A stretch of DNA of 64,000 nucleotides from Octopus sinensis. Its lineage: Eukaryota. The notes beneath the pieces are model-generated. The model made no database searches, was not told where the DNA came from, and was given only the letters and a program-made list of their open reading frames with translations. A program made the position numbers and the translations under genes. Below, piece after piece: positions 25,114 to 39,636 of this stretch (within the stretch, counting starts at the first letter, position 1; the number at the start of each line of letters is the position of its first letter). Where the stretch lies: positions 10,540,001-10,604,000 of the forward strand of contig NC_043016.1 in NCBI RefSeq assembly GCF_006345805.1, written 5' to 3'.

Positions 25114-25821
25114 TATATACACACATATGATGATAATATATATGTATATATATATATATATATACATACATATATATGTATACACACATAATATATATAT
25201 ATTATATATATATTAGTCACTTGCACATTGAAAACACTTTTAAAAGTATGTATACACTTCTAGTACACGTGGATAGTTTTATTCCTTCTATTGGACAGAA
25301 TCCTTCAACAACATATCTGTCTTTTGATATACTTCCTCCTTATATATATATATATGTGTGTGTGTGCATATATATATGTGTGTGTGTGCATATATATATG
25401 TGTGTGTGTATATATATATATATATATTATGTATATATATGTATGTATATATGTATATATATGTATGTATATATATGTATATGTATATATGTATATATAT
25501 GTATATATGTATATATATGTATGTATATATATATATATTGTATGTATATGTATATATATGTATGTATATATATATATATGTATGTATATGTATATATATA
25601 TATGTATATATATATATACATATATATATACATATATATAATATAACATACACATATACATATATATATACATATATATATATATACACATATACATATA
25701 TATATACATATATATATATATATACACATATACATATATATACATATATATATAATACACATATACATATATATATATACATATATATATACACATATAC
25801 ATATATGTATACATTATACAT

Positions 25822-25865
<44 letters not shown>

Positions 25866-25960
25866 TATACACACATATGATGATAATATATATGTATATA
25901 TATATATATATACATACATATATATGTATACACACATATATATATATATATTTATACATA
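24471..25960. repeat. Tandem duplication of about 743 bp (130 bp unique plus TA-rich microsatellite)
   Basis: tagtcacttgcacattg...cttcctccttat is identical at 24471-24600 and 25214-25343. Confidence 0.85.
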
Positions 25961-26000
25961 TATATATATACATGCATATATATATGTATATATATACATG

Positions 26001-26072
<72 letters not shown>

Positions 26073-26744
26073 GTTGAGTTAAACGGAATTTCGGTAAGCT
26101 TCGAAGACGGAATGGTTCCAATTATTCTTCGACCGGGTCCGTCTCGTCTTTTGTTGAATTACTGGCACGTTGAGTGAGTGATTATGTATGTGTTCAGCGG
26201 ACACGTGTAACCCCTAATGTAATTCGCAGGAAGAATTCGCATGACATAATGAATGTGTGTGACGAGTGACGCGAGGTTTTGGCACTTAAGAACCTCCAAG
26301 GCGCACTTCGCCCGACTGGGCTGGTTACGTGACACTAACAAAGTTTAGTTTGGGTCGCAACAAGGCCAAAGGTGCAAGACAGCCGAAGATTCCACGCAAT
26401 GAGAATATATATTTATATATATATATGTGTGTATATAAAGTTTATGTTGCTTACATGTTGCTTGTATTTTATTAGCTATACTTCAAATGTTTACGTCAAC
26501 TTAGGATGAGGTCTGTGTTAGATATATATATATATATATATAAAGTTATTTGATTATAGTTTTATGTTTGTATATATATATATATATATATTTATATTGT
26601 GTTTATGTACATGCAGTGTTTATATTGTTATATGAATAATTATGTTTACATACATATATTTTTTGTATTTATATGCAGTTTACATCGTCGCGCGATATTT
26701 ATATTTTGTGTGTGTATATATATATATTATATATATATATATAT

Positions 26745-26882
26745 AAGGTTGTCCCAAAAGTTCGTAAACACTTGCGAAAATTGAATTTTTACTCGCCAAG
26801 TACTAACAAAAACAACAAAAATTATTCCTCAAAATAAAGACCATTATTTTCCAAGACTTTCTACGAACTTTTGGACAACCTT
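26745..26882. mobile_element. Tc1/mariner-type MITE
   Basis: TIRs aaggttgtcccaaaagttcgta and tacgaacttttggacaacctt, flanked by TA. Confidence 0.75.
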
Positions 26883-26884
26883 AT

Positions 26885-26941
<57 letters not shown>

Positions 26942-27584
26942 TGTGTATATAGCTAGATTTATATATATATTTGTATTATTTTTTATAACTATGGATCGCA
27001 CATAAATATGTTTATGTATATATTTACATATATATATAGTTATGCTTATTCGTGCACTGTGTTGTGTTGTGTTATAAACGCGCGGACTATGTGTTGGGCG
27101 GATCACAACCTGGTACAAACAATGCTCCAGTGATGCAGCTTGTTTAAAAGTTTACACCAAATAACATTTAAGGTTCTAAAAGTGGACTGGATGTTGACAA
27201 ACTCGGATGCAGATTTGGCGGCATCAGCCTCTTTTTGTGAAGCTCTAGCAAAATACGTTGCCAGTTGCTTCGTGGTGAGACTTTAAGCGAAAAGTTTGTA
27301 ACTAACTGTTAGCAGTGTTTTGCGTTGTGAGCCACGCAAACACATAGAATGGTTCGTCGAAGTGACTGGGCTTCCAGGCATCAACCACGAATTACTCCAG
27401 GGATTCGTGCAATTGTAGTTTACATAGAAAGGGACGTTGAAAGGTAGAGGAAGTGCTGAGACATCAATAATTAACCAACTTTGCAAAGACTAGTGAGAAC
27501 CGAGAAGAACGTGTAGTAGTTGAACGTATTCACTGATGTCCAACTCGACTCTGATAAAATAAACTCCAAAGCAATGTATATATA

Positions 27585-27890
27585 GAATCATCATCATCAT
27601 CATCATCATCGTTTAACGTCCGTTTTCCGCGCTAGCACGGGTTGGACGGTTCGACCGGGGTCTGGGGAGCCAGGGGCTGTTCCAGGCTCCAGTCTGATCT
27701 GGTAGTGTTTCTACAGCTGGATGCCCTTCCTAACGCCAACCACTCCGCGAGTGTAGTGGGTGCTTTTTACGTGCCACCTGCACAGGTGCCAGAGGGGTCT
27801 GGCATCGGCCACGGTCGGGTTGGTGCTTTTTATGTGCCACCGGCACAGAAGCCAGTCAAGGCGGGGCTGGCATCGGCCACGTTCGGATGT
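27585..27890 (-). mobile_element. SINE family B
   Basis: (cat)n-cgtttaacgtccg start with the conserved body. CpGs are retained. Confidence 0.8.
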
Positions 27891-28552
27891 TAAAACATAT
27901 TTGGTTATTGCTAATCAAATACTGCCCCAGAAATGGCTCCACTTTACCCATTGATAATGATGTTATTCTGAAGCGATAGATAGTCTTTTATTGATGTTTT
28001 TCACAATCCATCCACCACAGGTAAGAAAGTTATAAACAAAAAAAACAAACTTTCACAGCCCCATGTTATTGAAAGAAAAGTCAAAATTGCCATCAGAGCA
28101 ACTTCAGGAAAACTCCAGGAATTGATGGTATGTCAGCTGAGGTTATTAACACATTACCGTCCACATATACCACCTGTAGTTTATTGCGAATTTCATACAA
28201 CTGCCATATGCACCTGGGGTGGTACATTTTCGGAATTTTAGAAAATATTCTCTTCTGTATCTTTGACATAATTTTGAGGATAATTAAATAACATAGGTGC
28301 TAAATATTAAAGTTTAATTATGAATTATTGTAAAAGTCCTCGCAATTAACATGTTAAGCAAAGTGGGGTGTGTGTGCTGTGACTGGTTTTGTGACCGCAC
28401 TAATTGTTAGTGTTTGGAATAGGTCTGCCAGTTCCACAGTTCACTGTGCAAGGGAAATGGTGTCAACTGAAACTAGTAGCTTCTTTGGTATTTCCTTATT
28501 TTGTAATGGTGATAAGATATTTGCCAGACATTTGTTGAATCCTCTCAGATAC

Positions 28553-28875
28553 ATCATCATCATCGTTTAACGTCCGTTCTCCATGCTGGCATGGGTTGGA
28601 CAATTTGACTGATAACTGGGAAGCCAAGAGGCTGCATCAGGCTCCAGTCTGATCTGGCAGTGTTTCTACAGCTGGATGCCATTCCTAACGCCAACCACTC
28701 CGTGAGTGTAGTGGGTGCTTTTTACGTGCCACTGGCACAGGTGCCAGGTGAGGCTGGCAACGGCCACGATCGGATTGGTGCTTTTTACGTGCCACCGGCA
28801 TGGAAGCCAGTCAAGGCGGCGCTGGCATCGGCCACGTTCGGATGGTGCTTTTTACGTGCCACCGGCACGGAAGCC
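28553..28875 (-). mobile_element. SINE family B
   Basis: Same structure as 27585-27890. Confidence 0.8.
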
Positions 28876-28879
28876 AGTC

Positions 28880-29307
28880 TTGTCCCAGAGTCTCATTCTG
28901 GATTCAGATCTGATAGAGGTGCCACAGTTATGATCTTTAGGGCCAGTGCAGGGCAGTTGCAGAGGTTCTTAGGGCAGTGACTTCTCCTTTATCAAGTTAA
29001 TCTAGCAAAAAGCCTTTTACATGTTGAGCTAAAATGCCCTGTGGAGTTTTGGTTAAAGTTGGGATAACCACATTTGTCAATTAATAAGCTTGTGGTGAAC
29101 CAGTCTATGTAATAATGATGCTAAACAGGAATATATATATATATAGGCGCAGGAGTGGCTGTGTGGTAAGTAGCTTGCTTACCAATCACATGGTTCCGGG
29201 TTCAGTCCCACTGCGTGGCATCTTGGGCGAGTGTCTTCTACTATAGCCTCGGGCCGTCCAAAGCCTTGTGAGTGGATTTGGTAGACAGAAACTGAAAGAA
29301 GCCCGTC

Positions 29308-29355
<48 letters not shown>

Positions 29356-30240
29356 GTGTGTGTGCGCGCGCGTATGTCTGTGTTTGTCCCCCTAGCATTG
29401 CTTGACAACCGATGCTGGTGTGTTTACATCCCCATCACTTAGCGGTTCGGCAAAAGAGACCATTAGAATAAGTACTGGGCTTACGAAGAATAAGTCCCGG
29501 GGTCGAGTTGCTCAACTAAAGGCGGTGCTCCTGCATGGCCGCAGTCAAATGCCTGAAACAAGTAAAAGAGTAAAAAGAGTAAAGAGTATATATATTTACA
29601 CCAGCTTTATTCTACATCTATGTTGCAGTTGAAATTGCTCATGTATTTAAGGAGTGTGATCTTTGTCCGTTATAATACAACAGTTAAACTTTTAAATTCG
29701 GGTCATTTCAAGGCTAAACTGAAGGCATTTATACCTCTTGTTCACGGTTTGTTCTATGCTGATAATAGTGATCTCGTGGCTCACTTTGAACAAGATATTC
29801 AAAAATAATAAACCTGTTTTCCTGTATCTGTTCTGCTCTTAAACTGAAGCAAATCTAAAGCGATGTTTGCACCTGCACCAGGAGTGATGTTGAATTGAAT
29901 ATACTTTGTCTAAAGGATCAGACTTGATGTAATGGTTTCCTTTGTGTATCTTGGTAGTTCTGTTTCCGGGAGTGGATTCCTCAATTCCAAACCCAACTTA
30001 CAGATTGAGGAGACTCCACTTGCATTTGTGGACAGACACTAGAAAAACAAGTCTGGTAATAAAGGAACACGAAACTATCCACCAAATTTTCCATCCATGA
30101 TGCTTGTGTCAATATATTCCTTGCCATATTCATCTCCTGCATGAATTTCATTGTCTCTACATTAAAATAAGAGGTTTCATCGGAAATGTCTCTTAAATAG
30201 ACTGGGAACATTTTCACACCCAACAACAGAGGTGTTTGAA
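28880..30240 (+). mobile_element. RTE-clade LINE RT relic interrupted by a SINE
   Basis: PESHSGFRSDRGATVMIF, NLAKAF and LFYADNSDLVAH fragments. Confidence 0.65.
29145..29586 (+). mobile_element. SINE family A
   Basis: Full head, internal (TA)n and tail. Confidence 0.85.
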
Positions 30241-30357
30241 AGGGCAGGCTGGTTCAGTATTAAAGTTGGTTTCAAGTGTGTAATGTCTACATGCTCTCAC
30301 AATCATGTGTGTGTGTGTGTGTGTGTGATATGCACATACAAATATATATATAAATAT

Positions 30358-30605
30358 AAGGACGTATGGCCTAGTGGTTAGGGTGTTGCACTCGTGTTCA
30401 TGAGATCGTGCTTTCAATTCCTAGACTGGGTGGTGTATTGTATTTTTGAGCAAAACGCTTCATCTCATGTTGCTCCGCGATCACTTTGACACCTGTTCTG
30501 GTAACATTGATTTGATGGAGCGAGGTGAGCTAATGTACAGCATATACATTTGATCACTATAAACACATCATTTGTGCAAGTCATTCGACAAAAAGTTGAA
30601 CAGTC
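30358..30605 (+). mobile_element. tRNA-derived SINE family F
   Basis: tggcctagtggttagggtgttgcactc head. A reverse copy lies at about 41400-41680. Confidence 0.6.
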
Positions 30606-30689
30606 ATATGTCATCTTTGATAGAAGATTCCATCATATAAGTGTATATATATATATATGTATGCAATGTGAGTATGTATGTGTTGCTGA

Positions 30690-31165
30690 CGTGGCTGATG
30701 ACAGTACCACCAGTGGCACGTTAAAAGCACCATCCGAGCATGATCGTTGCCAGGGCCACTGACTGGCTCCCGTGCTGGTGGCACGTAAAAAGCACCATTC
30801 GAGGCATGATCATTGCCAGCATCGCCTTACTGGCACATGTGCCAGTGGCATGTGAAAAAAACAACATTCGAGTGTGGTCGTTGGCAGTGCCATCGGACTG
30901 ACTCCCATGCAGGTGGCGCATAAAAAACGCCTTTCAGCGTGGTCATTGCCAGTACCACCTGACTGGCCCTTGTGCCGGTGGTACGTGAAAAACACCCGCT
31001 ACACTCTCGGAGTGGCTGGCATTAGGAAGGGCATCCAGCTGTAGAAGCTCTGCCAGATCAGACTGGAGCCTGATGCAGCCATCTGGCTTGCCTGTCCTCA
31101 GTCAAACCATCCAACCCATGCCAGCATGGAAAGTGGACGTTAAACAACGATGATGATGATGATAA
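30690..31165 (+). mobile_element. SINE family B with about 5 internal repeats
   Basis: Repeated aaaagcacc units and a gatgatgat tail. Confidence 0.75.
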
Positions 31166-31522
31166 ATATATAAATGCTATATGGATGTGTGTGTATATAT
31201 ATATATATATATGTATATGGTGATGATGCACCCAGTACACTATGTAAAGGGGTTGGTGTTAGGAAGGACATCCAAAAATAGAAATGATGCCAAAGTGCAA
31301 AGCAGACACTGGAACTCGGCACAGTCCTGCCAGCTCCTCTCACACTGTCCACAAGCATGGAAAGCTGACATTAAACAATGATGATGATAAATGTTTTAGG
31401 TTGATTGTGTCATCCAATTTAAGATTTCAGGCTTCAGCAATGAATATTTTTCTGTTGAATTAGTTTCCAGTATGTGTTTCCTGCAAAAACCAAAAAAAAA
31501 CCCCAAAAAACTTAAGTCCTTA

Positions 31523-31913
31523 AAGGCGCAGGAGTGGCTGTGTGGTAAGTAGCTTGCTAACCAACCACGTGGTTTGGGGTTCAGTCCCACTGCATGGCAT
31601 CTTGGGCAAGTGTCTTCTGCTATAGCCCCGGGCTGACCAATGCCTTGTGAGTGGATTTGGTAAACGGAAACTGAAAGAAGCCTGTCATATATATGTATAT
31701 ATATATATATATATATGTTTGTGTTTGTCCCCCTAGCATTGCTTGACAACCGATGCTGGTGTGTTTACGTCCCCGTCACTTAGCGGTTCGGCAAAAGAGA
31801 GTGATAGAATAAGTACTGGGCTTACAAAGAATAAGTCCCGGGGTCGCTTTGCTCGACTAAAGGCGGTGCTCCAGCATGGCCACAGTCAAATGACTGAAAC
31901 AAGTAAAAGAGTA
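31523..31913 (+). mobile_element. SINE family A
   Basis: Full structure. Confidence 0.85.
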
Positions 31914-32679
31914 ATCCTTTAGTTTTCAGATTATTCTGTCAAATGCAATACTTTTTCATTCACTTTGTTTTGAATTAATCATACATTATTTTGTAGCTTC
32001 AAAAATCTGATGTGATTGTTAATTGTATAATAGCATTGAAGAGTAGATGTAACAGGCTGGATCTGCCTGGGTGGAACCTAAAACAGATTGCTTATTTGGG
32101 CTAGATACAGCTGGTTTAAATGCTAAAGGGTTAAACAGATTGTAAGCTATAACTAGGAAGACGCTGTTTGCGAAAAATGGTATTGCTCATCAAATAATGA
32201 AACACAATGCCTGAAAACAGCTGGATGTTGATAGTATGCATGGTAGAGGCTCAAGAGAGAATCTTTCATGAACTGTCAGTGGTTGCATTACACTTTTAAA
32301 AGCTGGTTTTTGCTGCCCGTGAAAAGTCTTATGCCAGGTGACCAACAAAGGACGCTTATATGCATATAGATCTTAGAGCACCTGTGGAGCACTGCTATCC
32401 TTTATAGGTGTGTTAATCTAAAAACCAGGTTCAAAATCTATTTTGGATGAATTGAGAAGGGTAGAACCGCAGTTCATAAGATTCTTGATGAAGTTATGTG
32501 CTCTGTTCATTGGAAAAAATTCAGATTAGGGTTAGATGGTCACCAGCGATTCCTCAATAGAAAAGTTAGTGAATTTGTTACAGGTATATGTCTGCACTGA
32601 GAAAGTTGTTATGCTAAACAGGAGTTGTATTTACATATGTACATATGTCTATTCAAAAGGATTTTTCAACCCAGTATTT

Positions 32680-32960
32680 TACATGCCAAACTTTGGCATC
32701 GAGAGTTACACAAATACTAGAACTGGGCACCACTGCATAATGCCAAGGACTCCAAATTTGCCATCAAGATGTAGGACTGGGCTTCAGAGGTCCACAGCTC
32801 TTCAATATCCTCCCGAAGGACCTGAGAGACCTGCATGGGGTGGATGTAGGTGTCTTCAAAATAAAGCTGGACCTCTTCCTGTCAGGTGTCCCAGATGAAC
32901 CAACGTTGCAGCAGGAGGTGCAGATGAGGGCAGCTGCATCAAACTCTCTCATGCACCAAA
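32680..32960 (+). mobile_element. CR1/L2-group LINE 3' end
   Basis: LGFRGPQLFNILPKDLRDLHGVDVGVFKIKLDLFLSGVPDEP. Confidence 0.65.
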
Positions 32961-33736
32961 TGGTGGTGCCCCAGCATGGCCACAGCTCGTGAGCTGAAAC
33001 TAGACGAAATAAAAAATTTTTTAAATGCTATCATTTATAGCTTTCGGTAAGATGGTAAGCTAGCAGAATCTTTAGCATCCCAGACAAAATGCTTTGCAAC
33101 ATTTCATCCTAGTTTATGCTCCAAGTTCAAATTCCACTGAGGTCGACTTTGCCTTTTATCCTTTCGGGGTTGTTATAAAATAAGTACCAGTATGACATTG
33201 GGGTCGATATAACCAACTTATTCCCCTGCCCCAAAATTGCTGGCCTTGTGCCAAAACTCAAAACTATTTTCTTACAGCTTAATGTGTGTGCTTCAAGATA
33301 TACCAAAAAAGAACTAATTCATGTTCTCTGGAAAGCTTATAAATTATATTGATGTCCCCAACATACAATTCACACTAGTAAGAAAGAAGTTTCTAAAAGG
33401 GATTGAGAAAATTGAAGGATTGCTTTGGTATAATGGTAGAACACCTGTCATGTCTACAGGTGCTGTGGGTTTCAGTCTCACAGGCTTTGATTTTTTTCAT
33501 TTCAAGGGCTTTTAAACCTATTATTTACATAGTGTTCTTTATAGCTTTATGGGTTTGCTTCAAAATATTCTAAAAAAATGGAATTAGTTCATGTTCTGTC
33601 AAGTCTATAAAATTCCTGTGACGTCAGCATTATACATATGTGTGTGTGAGTGACTATATAATATTTTATTTCTTAAAATCTTTTTAAAGCCAAAACAATG
33701 CAAGTTATGAAAAAAAATTAATAAAAATTAATAATA

Positions 33737-33909
33737 TAGGCGCAGGAGTGGCTGTGTGGTAAGTAGCTTGCTTACCAACCACATGGTTCCGGGTTCAGTC
33801 CCACTGCGTGGCATCTTGGGCAAGTGTCTTCTGCTATAGCCTCGGGCTGACCAATGCCTTGTGAGTGGATTTGGTAGACGGAAACTGAAAGAAGCCTGTC
33901 GTATATGTG

Positions 33910-33940
<31 letters not shown>

Positions 33941-34150
33941 ATATGTTTGTGTGTCTGTATTTGTCCCCCTAGCATTGCTTGACAACCGATGCTGGTGTGT
34001 TTACGTCCCCGTCACTTAGCGGTTCGGCAACAGAGACCGATAGAATAAGTACTGGGCTTACAAAGAATAAGTCCCGGGGTCGATTTGCTCGACTAAAGGC
34101 GGTGCTCCAGCATGGCCGCAGTCAAATGACTGAAACAAGTAAAAGAGTAA
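33737..34150 (+). mobile_element. SINE family A
   Basis: Full structure. Confidence 0.85.
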
Positions 34151-35634
34151 ACCTTTCTACTCTAGGCCCAAGGCCTGAAACTTTTGGGAAGGAGCTTAGT
34201 CGATTACATCGATCCCCTGAACTCCACTGGTACTTATTTTTTATTGACCTGGGAAGGATGAAAAGCAGAGTCAACCATGGCGAATTGTGAACTCAGTATG
34301 TAAAGACGGATGAAATGCCGCTAAGCTTTTTTTTCGGCATTCTAACGATTCTGCCGGCTCGCTGTCTTGTTACAAAAATTAATGATATATAAGTTGATGA
34401 TATTTCAATATTTTGTGGTTAGGATCCCTTCAGAAAATTTATAGGGAAAACAAAGTGTAGATAACTGATATATATATATATAGAGAGAGAAACACAGGAG
34501 TGGTTGTGTGGCAAGTAGCTTGCTTACCAACTACATTATTCTGGGTTCATTCCCACTGTGTGGCACCTTGGGCGAGTGTCTTCTACTATAGCCTCGGGTC
34601 GACCAAAGCCTTGTGAGTGGATTTGGTAGACAGAAACTGAAAGAGGCCTATTGTATATATAATATATATATGTGTATGTGTGTGTTTGTGTGTCTGTGTT
34701 TGTCCCCACCACCATCACTTGACAACCAATGGTGGTGTATTTATGTCCCCATCACTTAGCGGTTTGGCAAAAGAGACCAATAGAATAAGTACTAGGCTTA
34801 CAAAGAATAAGTCCTAGGGTCTATTTGCTCGACCAAAGGCGGTGCTCCAGCATGGTCGCAGTCAAATGACTGAAACAAGTGAATACATTATTGTTAAAGA
34901 GGACAATAAACATTAAGGCAAGGCAAACAAATCAAGTCGTGAATTTTTACCAATAATAATAACGTATACAACTTGAGATGTTTGCCTTGCCTTAATGTTT
35001 ATTGTCCTCTTTAACAATTATATATCTGCTGCTTTGAAAATCTGCAATGGTTCAATAACTACTAAATCGGCTGTAACCTTGGAGCCTTAGTAATCCGTTA
35101 CAGCACTTAGCTAGCGTACCTTAATTGTTTAGATCACCTGTGAACTAAACCCTATACTTTGTGTGTGAAGATATATATACAGACATGTGTGTGAATTTAT
35201 ATATGTGAATATATATCTGTACATATTACCATGTATATATATATGATAAAGCATGTGGTTTTGTGGTTAGGGTATTCAGGTCAAGGCCATGAGGTTGTGA
35301 GTTCAATTCCTGGTGGTGTGTTGTGTCCCTGAGCGAGACACTTTATTTCACGTTACTTCAGTCCACTCAGCTGGCAAAAGTGACTTGTACTTGTAATTAC
35401 AAAGGGGCCGGCTCTGTCACACTGAATCTAACTGAGAACTACGTTAAGGATACGCATATCTGTGGAGTACTCAACCACCTGCATGTTAATTTCATGAGCA
35501 GGTTCTTCTGTTGATCACATTAATTGGGAAACTCATCTTTGCTGACAGGGTGTGTGTGTGTGTGAATGTGTGAATATATTTGTGTGTGTGTGTGTGAATA
35601 TATTTGGGTGTGTGCGTGTGTGTGAATATAATTG

Positions 35635-35922
35635 CCTGTTTTTGTTTGTTCCTTCTCGAGCCATGCCTGGCTCATAAGGGCTGGTTTCCCAGTTTCCTTG
35701 GCGTATAGGTTCCCCACCTGGATGGGACGCCAGTCCGGTGCAGGTGAGCTGCAAGATGCAGTGGCAAAAGAGTCAACAGAAGTTCGCCATTACCTTCTGC
35801 TGGAGCCGCGTGGAGCTTAGGTGTTTTCACTCGTAAACACACACATCACCGGTCTGAGATTTGAACCTGCGATCCCTCGACCGCGAGTCTGCTGCTCTAA
35901 CCACTAGGCCATGTGCCTCCAC
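35635..35922 (-). mobile_element. SINE family E
   Basis: Reverse complement homolog of 4000-4305. Confidence 0.8.
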
Positions 35923-36176
35923 ATATTTGTGTGTATGTGTGAATATATGTGTGTGTGTCTGAATATATTTGTGTGTGTGTTTATGTAGCTAAATATATAT
36001 AGTTGTGTGTTTATGTAGTTAAATATGTGTGTGTGTTTGTATATATATGTATGTTTGTATGTATATGGAAACATGAGGGTTGGTGAAAGGAAGGGCATCC
36101 CACTGTAGAAAATCCACTTTGATAAATTCCATCCACCCAGGGTAGCATGGTAAAGTGGATGTTTAAATTATGATTC

Positions 36177-36208
<32 letters not shown>

Positions 36209-39200
36209 ATGTGTTTCCAATTTGCATGTCTACAAATGTAACGAATGGCTAGTTTTGCTGTTAATTTTCCCATGAGCAACCATCCGCTCACTTTAAGATT
36301 TCAAAGCTGTGTGGGTTATGAGATGCCTTATTTGGAAAAACAGTCAAAGGTTATGCAATGCACAAGTATGGCTGTGTGGTAAGAAGTTTGCCTCCCAACC
36401 ACATGGTTCCAGGTTCAGTCTCATTGCATGACACCTTGGACAAGTGTCTTCTACTATAACCTCTGGCTGACCAAAACCTTGTTGGTAGACGGAAACTGAA
36501 AGAAGCCTGTTGTGTGTGTGTGTTTGTCCCCACCACCATCACTTGACAAGCAATGTTGGTATGTTTATGTCCCTGTAACTTAGCAGTTTGGCAAAAGAGA
36601 CCGATAAAATAAGTACCAGGCTTACAAAGAATAAGTCTGGGGTTTGATTTCTTTGACTAAAAGGCAGTGCTCCAGCATGGCTGCAGTCAAATGACTGAAA
36701 CAAAAGAATAAAATAATATATATGGGCTTCTTGCAGATTCCATCTACCAAATCCACTTACAAAGCATCAGATGGTCCCAGAGCTATGGTAGAAGACATTT
36801 GCCTAGAAGGCTGTACAGTGGGACTGAACCTGAAACCATGTCGTTAGGAAGCAAAATTCTTACCACACAGCTGTGTCTGCTCACTCATGCACATACATGC
36901 ACTCACACACATTTCTGTTTGTTCCCCACCACTGCTTCACAACCAGTGTTGCTATGTATATTTGTATACATACATTTATATATGATAGAATGTTTATCAT
37001 TTATACTTTATGTATACATGTACCTCCTCTATATCAAGACACCTGTTTCTTCCTATCTGGTTCTCTGTCGCACACTAACCTATTATCATCTGACACAAAA
37101 ATCACCTCCTCCAATGCCCTGTCCCATCTCAAAAGTCCTTCTCTTGCCAGTTACTTGGTGACCCTATCAGTGCTGGTGCCATGTAAAAAAAGCATCCAGT
37201 CCACATTGTGAAATGCTTGGGATTTCGAAGGGCATCCAGTTGTAAAAACCATGCCAAAAACTGGCCTCGCCTGTACTGGTGCCACATAAAAAATACACTC
37301 AGTCCATCTTGCAGGGTGGTTGGTGTTAGGGAGAGCATTCAGCTGTAAAATCCCAGTAGCCAGGTGTAGTCTTCTATCTGGCTAGCTCCATTCAAACTGT
37401 CTAACCCATGCCAGCATGGAAAACATGTTAAATGATGATGATATGTATATCTATATATATAAAAGAGTGTGTGCATATGTTATGCATGCGAAAACTGCCT
37501 TGCTGATTTTGACGTATGGGGTGTCAAAAAATTCAATAATCTTCCACCTACCAAATAAACTTTATTTTCATTTACATATTTTTTGCATTATCTCAACAAC
37601 CAGCTATAGTTATTTGAAAGACACTACTCTACAACAACCAGGTTTCATTAGTGAATGAAAATAGTTTTACATTTTCAATTTGAACCAAAATTACAATGTG
37701 TTGCATTTTGTGAAAATGTGTGAATAATGAAAGTAATGTTTCCCCGAATTAGTCATATCTGTACTGTAATAAAAAAAAAAGCTGCTTATTATCTCTCTAT
37801 ATATATGAAGGTTGCCAAATAAACTGTTTTTGGCACAACTCTTTTTTTTTACTTCTAAAATAACCTCGGAAACGAGGTCGGGTTGCACAATTTTGAAGTC
37901 ATATTTGGGTAATATTTCGATTTGCTTCAAATGTTTCACGTATGCGTAGAATTCTACTCAGACAAACATTTATGAAAATGTACACATGAATATTGTATTA
38001 AAATAATCCACAACCAAAAAAATTCCATTAAAAGACATTCATTTCTCTATATGTTATGAGGAAATACAGTCACTCACTCTCTCTCTCTCACATGCACAAG
38101 CACACACACACACACATATATGCAGAAAAGATTATGCAGATGTATTTATGTACATGTATATGAAAAATAATGTGCGTGTGCATGTGAGAGAGAGAGAGAG
38201 CGAGTGAGTACTACTTACACATACATGCAAAAAATACATACATGACAACACACACCTTCACTCTCTCTCTCTCTCTTTCTATTTCACACACACACACACA
38301 CATGCACACACACACACACACACACACACACGTCTATTTCATTTACACAAACATACATCTTTCACTTTCTGATCTCACTTCAAAGCATAAAGAAATAACA
38401 AATTTTTATGGAAATTAACGAACCATCATATTATCCTATATGATCGAGTCTACAATTTTGCTGCTTCAAATGAAAGAATGCCATAAAATAACTTCCTTTG
38501 GTACATGCATGCACACACACACACATTAGGTAAAACTTCTGTATGAATTATGTTATTTCTTGCTGTGTGCATGTGTAAAATTTCAGCTCAAATCCAATTG
38601 AAACTACTTTTTTCTTTTCTGTAATTTGTGTTTCCGATGAACATATTTAAAAATCTGATCTTCAATATTAACTGTTCCTTACCTGTTGCTTCTAGCATGT
38701 CTGAGATGACATTTGTGTCCCCCACCTATTTTTTCTAAATTTCTTCTGCTTCTTATGTTTTCAATACAGAAGATTAAGATTTCACCCCCAAAACACGTTC
38801 TCTATATTTTCTCCCTCCTCACCTCACCCCCAAGTTTTTCATTCTTTTTTACTTTTTTCCAAATGTTTTTCTTGGTAATCCACAGAGAAAAGAAACAGAG
38901 AGTATGAATCTTTAAGAATTTTCTTCCTTCTCTCTTAAAGAAACACTAAAATCTCCTTCCTCAACGTTTACCCATCACCTCACCACTTTCAAAAAGCTAC
39001 AAATTCCCAATGTTTCACTTTTAGCTTTTTGGAAAGCGGGAAAATTTCTTCAAAAATAATGTCATTTACCTGTTGTTTCTAGCGTGTCAGGTTTTCTGGT
39101 GGTGGTTTGGTATTCTTTACATCTGCTATTTCAGTACAATTCTATGCATGCATGAAACATCACAGACAAAAGTGAAACATTGGGTGTTTTGAAAGCGGGT

Positions 39201-39636
39201 AGGTAATGGGTGAGTGAGGTGGAAAAAGGGGCATTGAGTGTTTCTTTAAGAAAAATTAAACTTTAAAATAATAAATATTTCCCAGATTCGTAATCCCTGT
39301 AATTTTCTATATGGATAAAAAAAAAAAAAATTCCAAAGAAATTTACAAATTAAGAAATTGTGGTGGGGTTTCTCTGTTATGACAGGAATTTTTCAAATAT
39401 TTTCACCACACTTTTACAAATGATTAGGCGAAGTTTTTTATGGGAAAAGTTTTTGAAAATTTATGGAACCTCCCCCCCTCTCCCACTCCCATCCAGACTG
39501 ATTTTGTCCGATTCGTTTGGCACTTTGGACTAAGAAAAAACAGTGGTAAAAAAAAAAAAAAAATTGGAAATTTACGCTGTTTTTCATCCCCCTCCCCCAC
39601 TTTGTACTAATTTTAATATACTCTTCTACATGTTTT

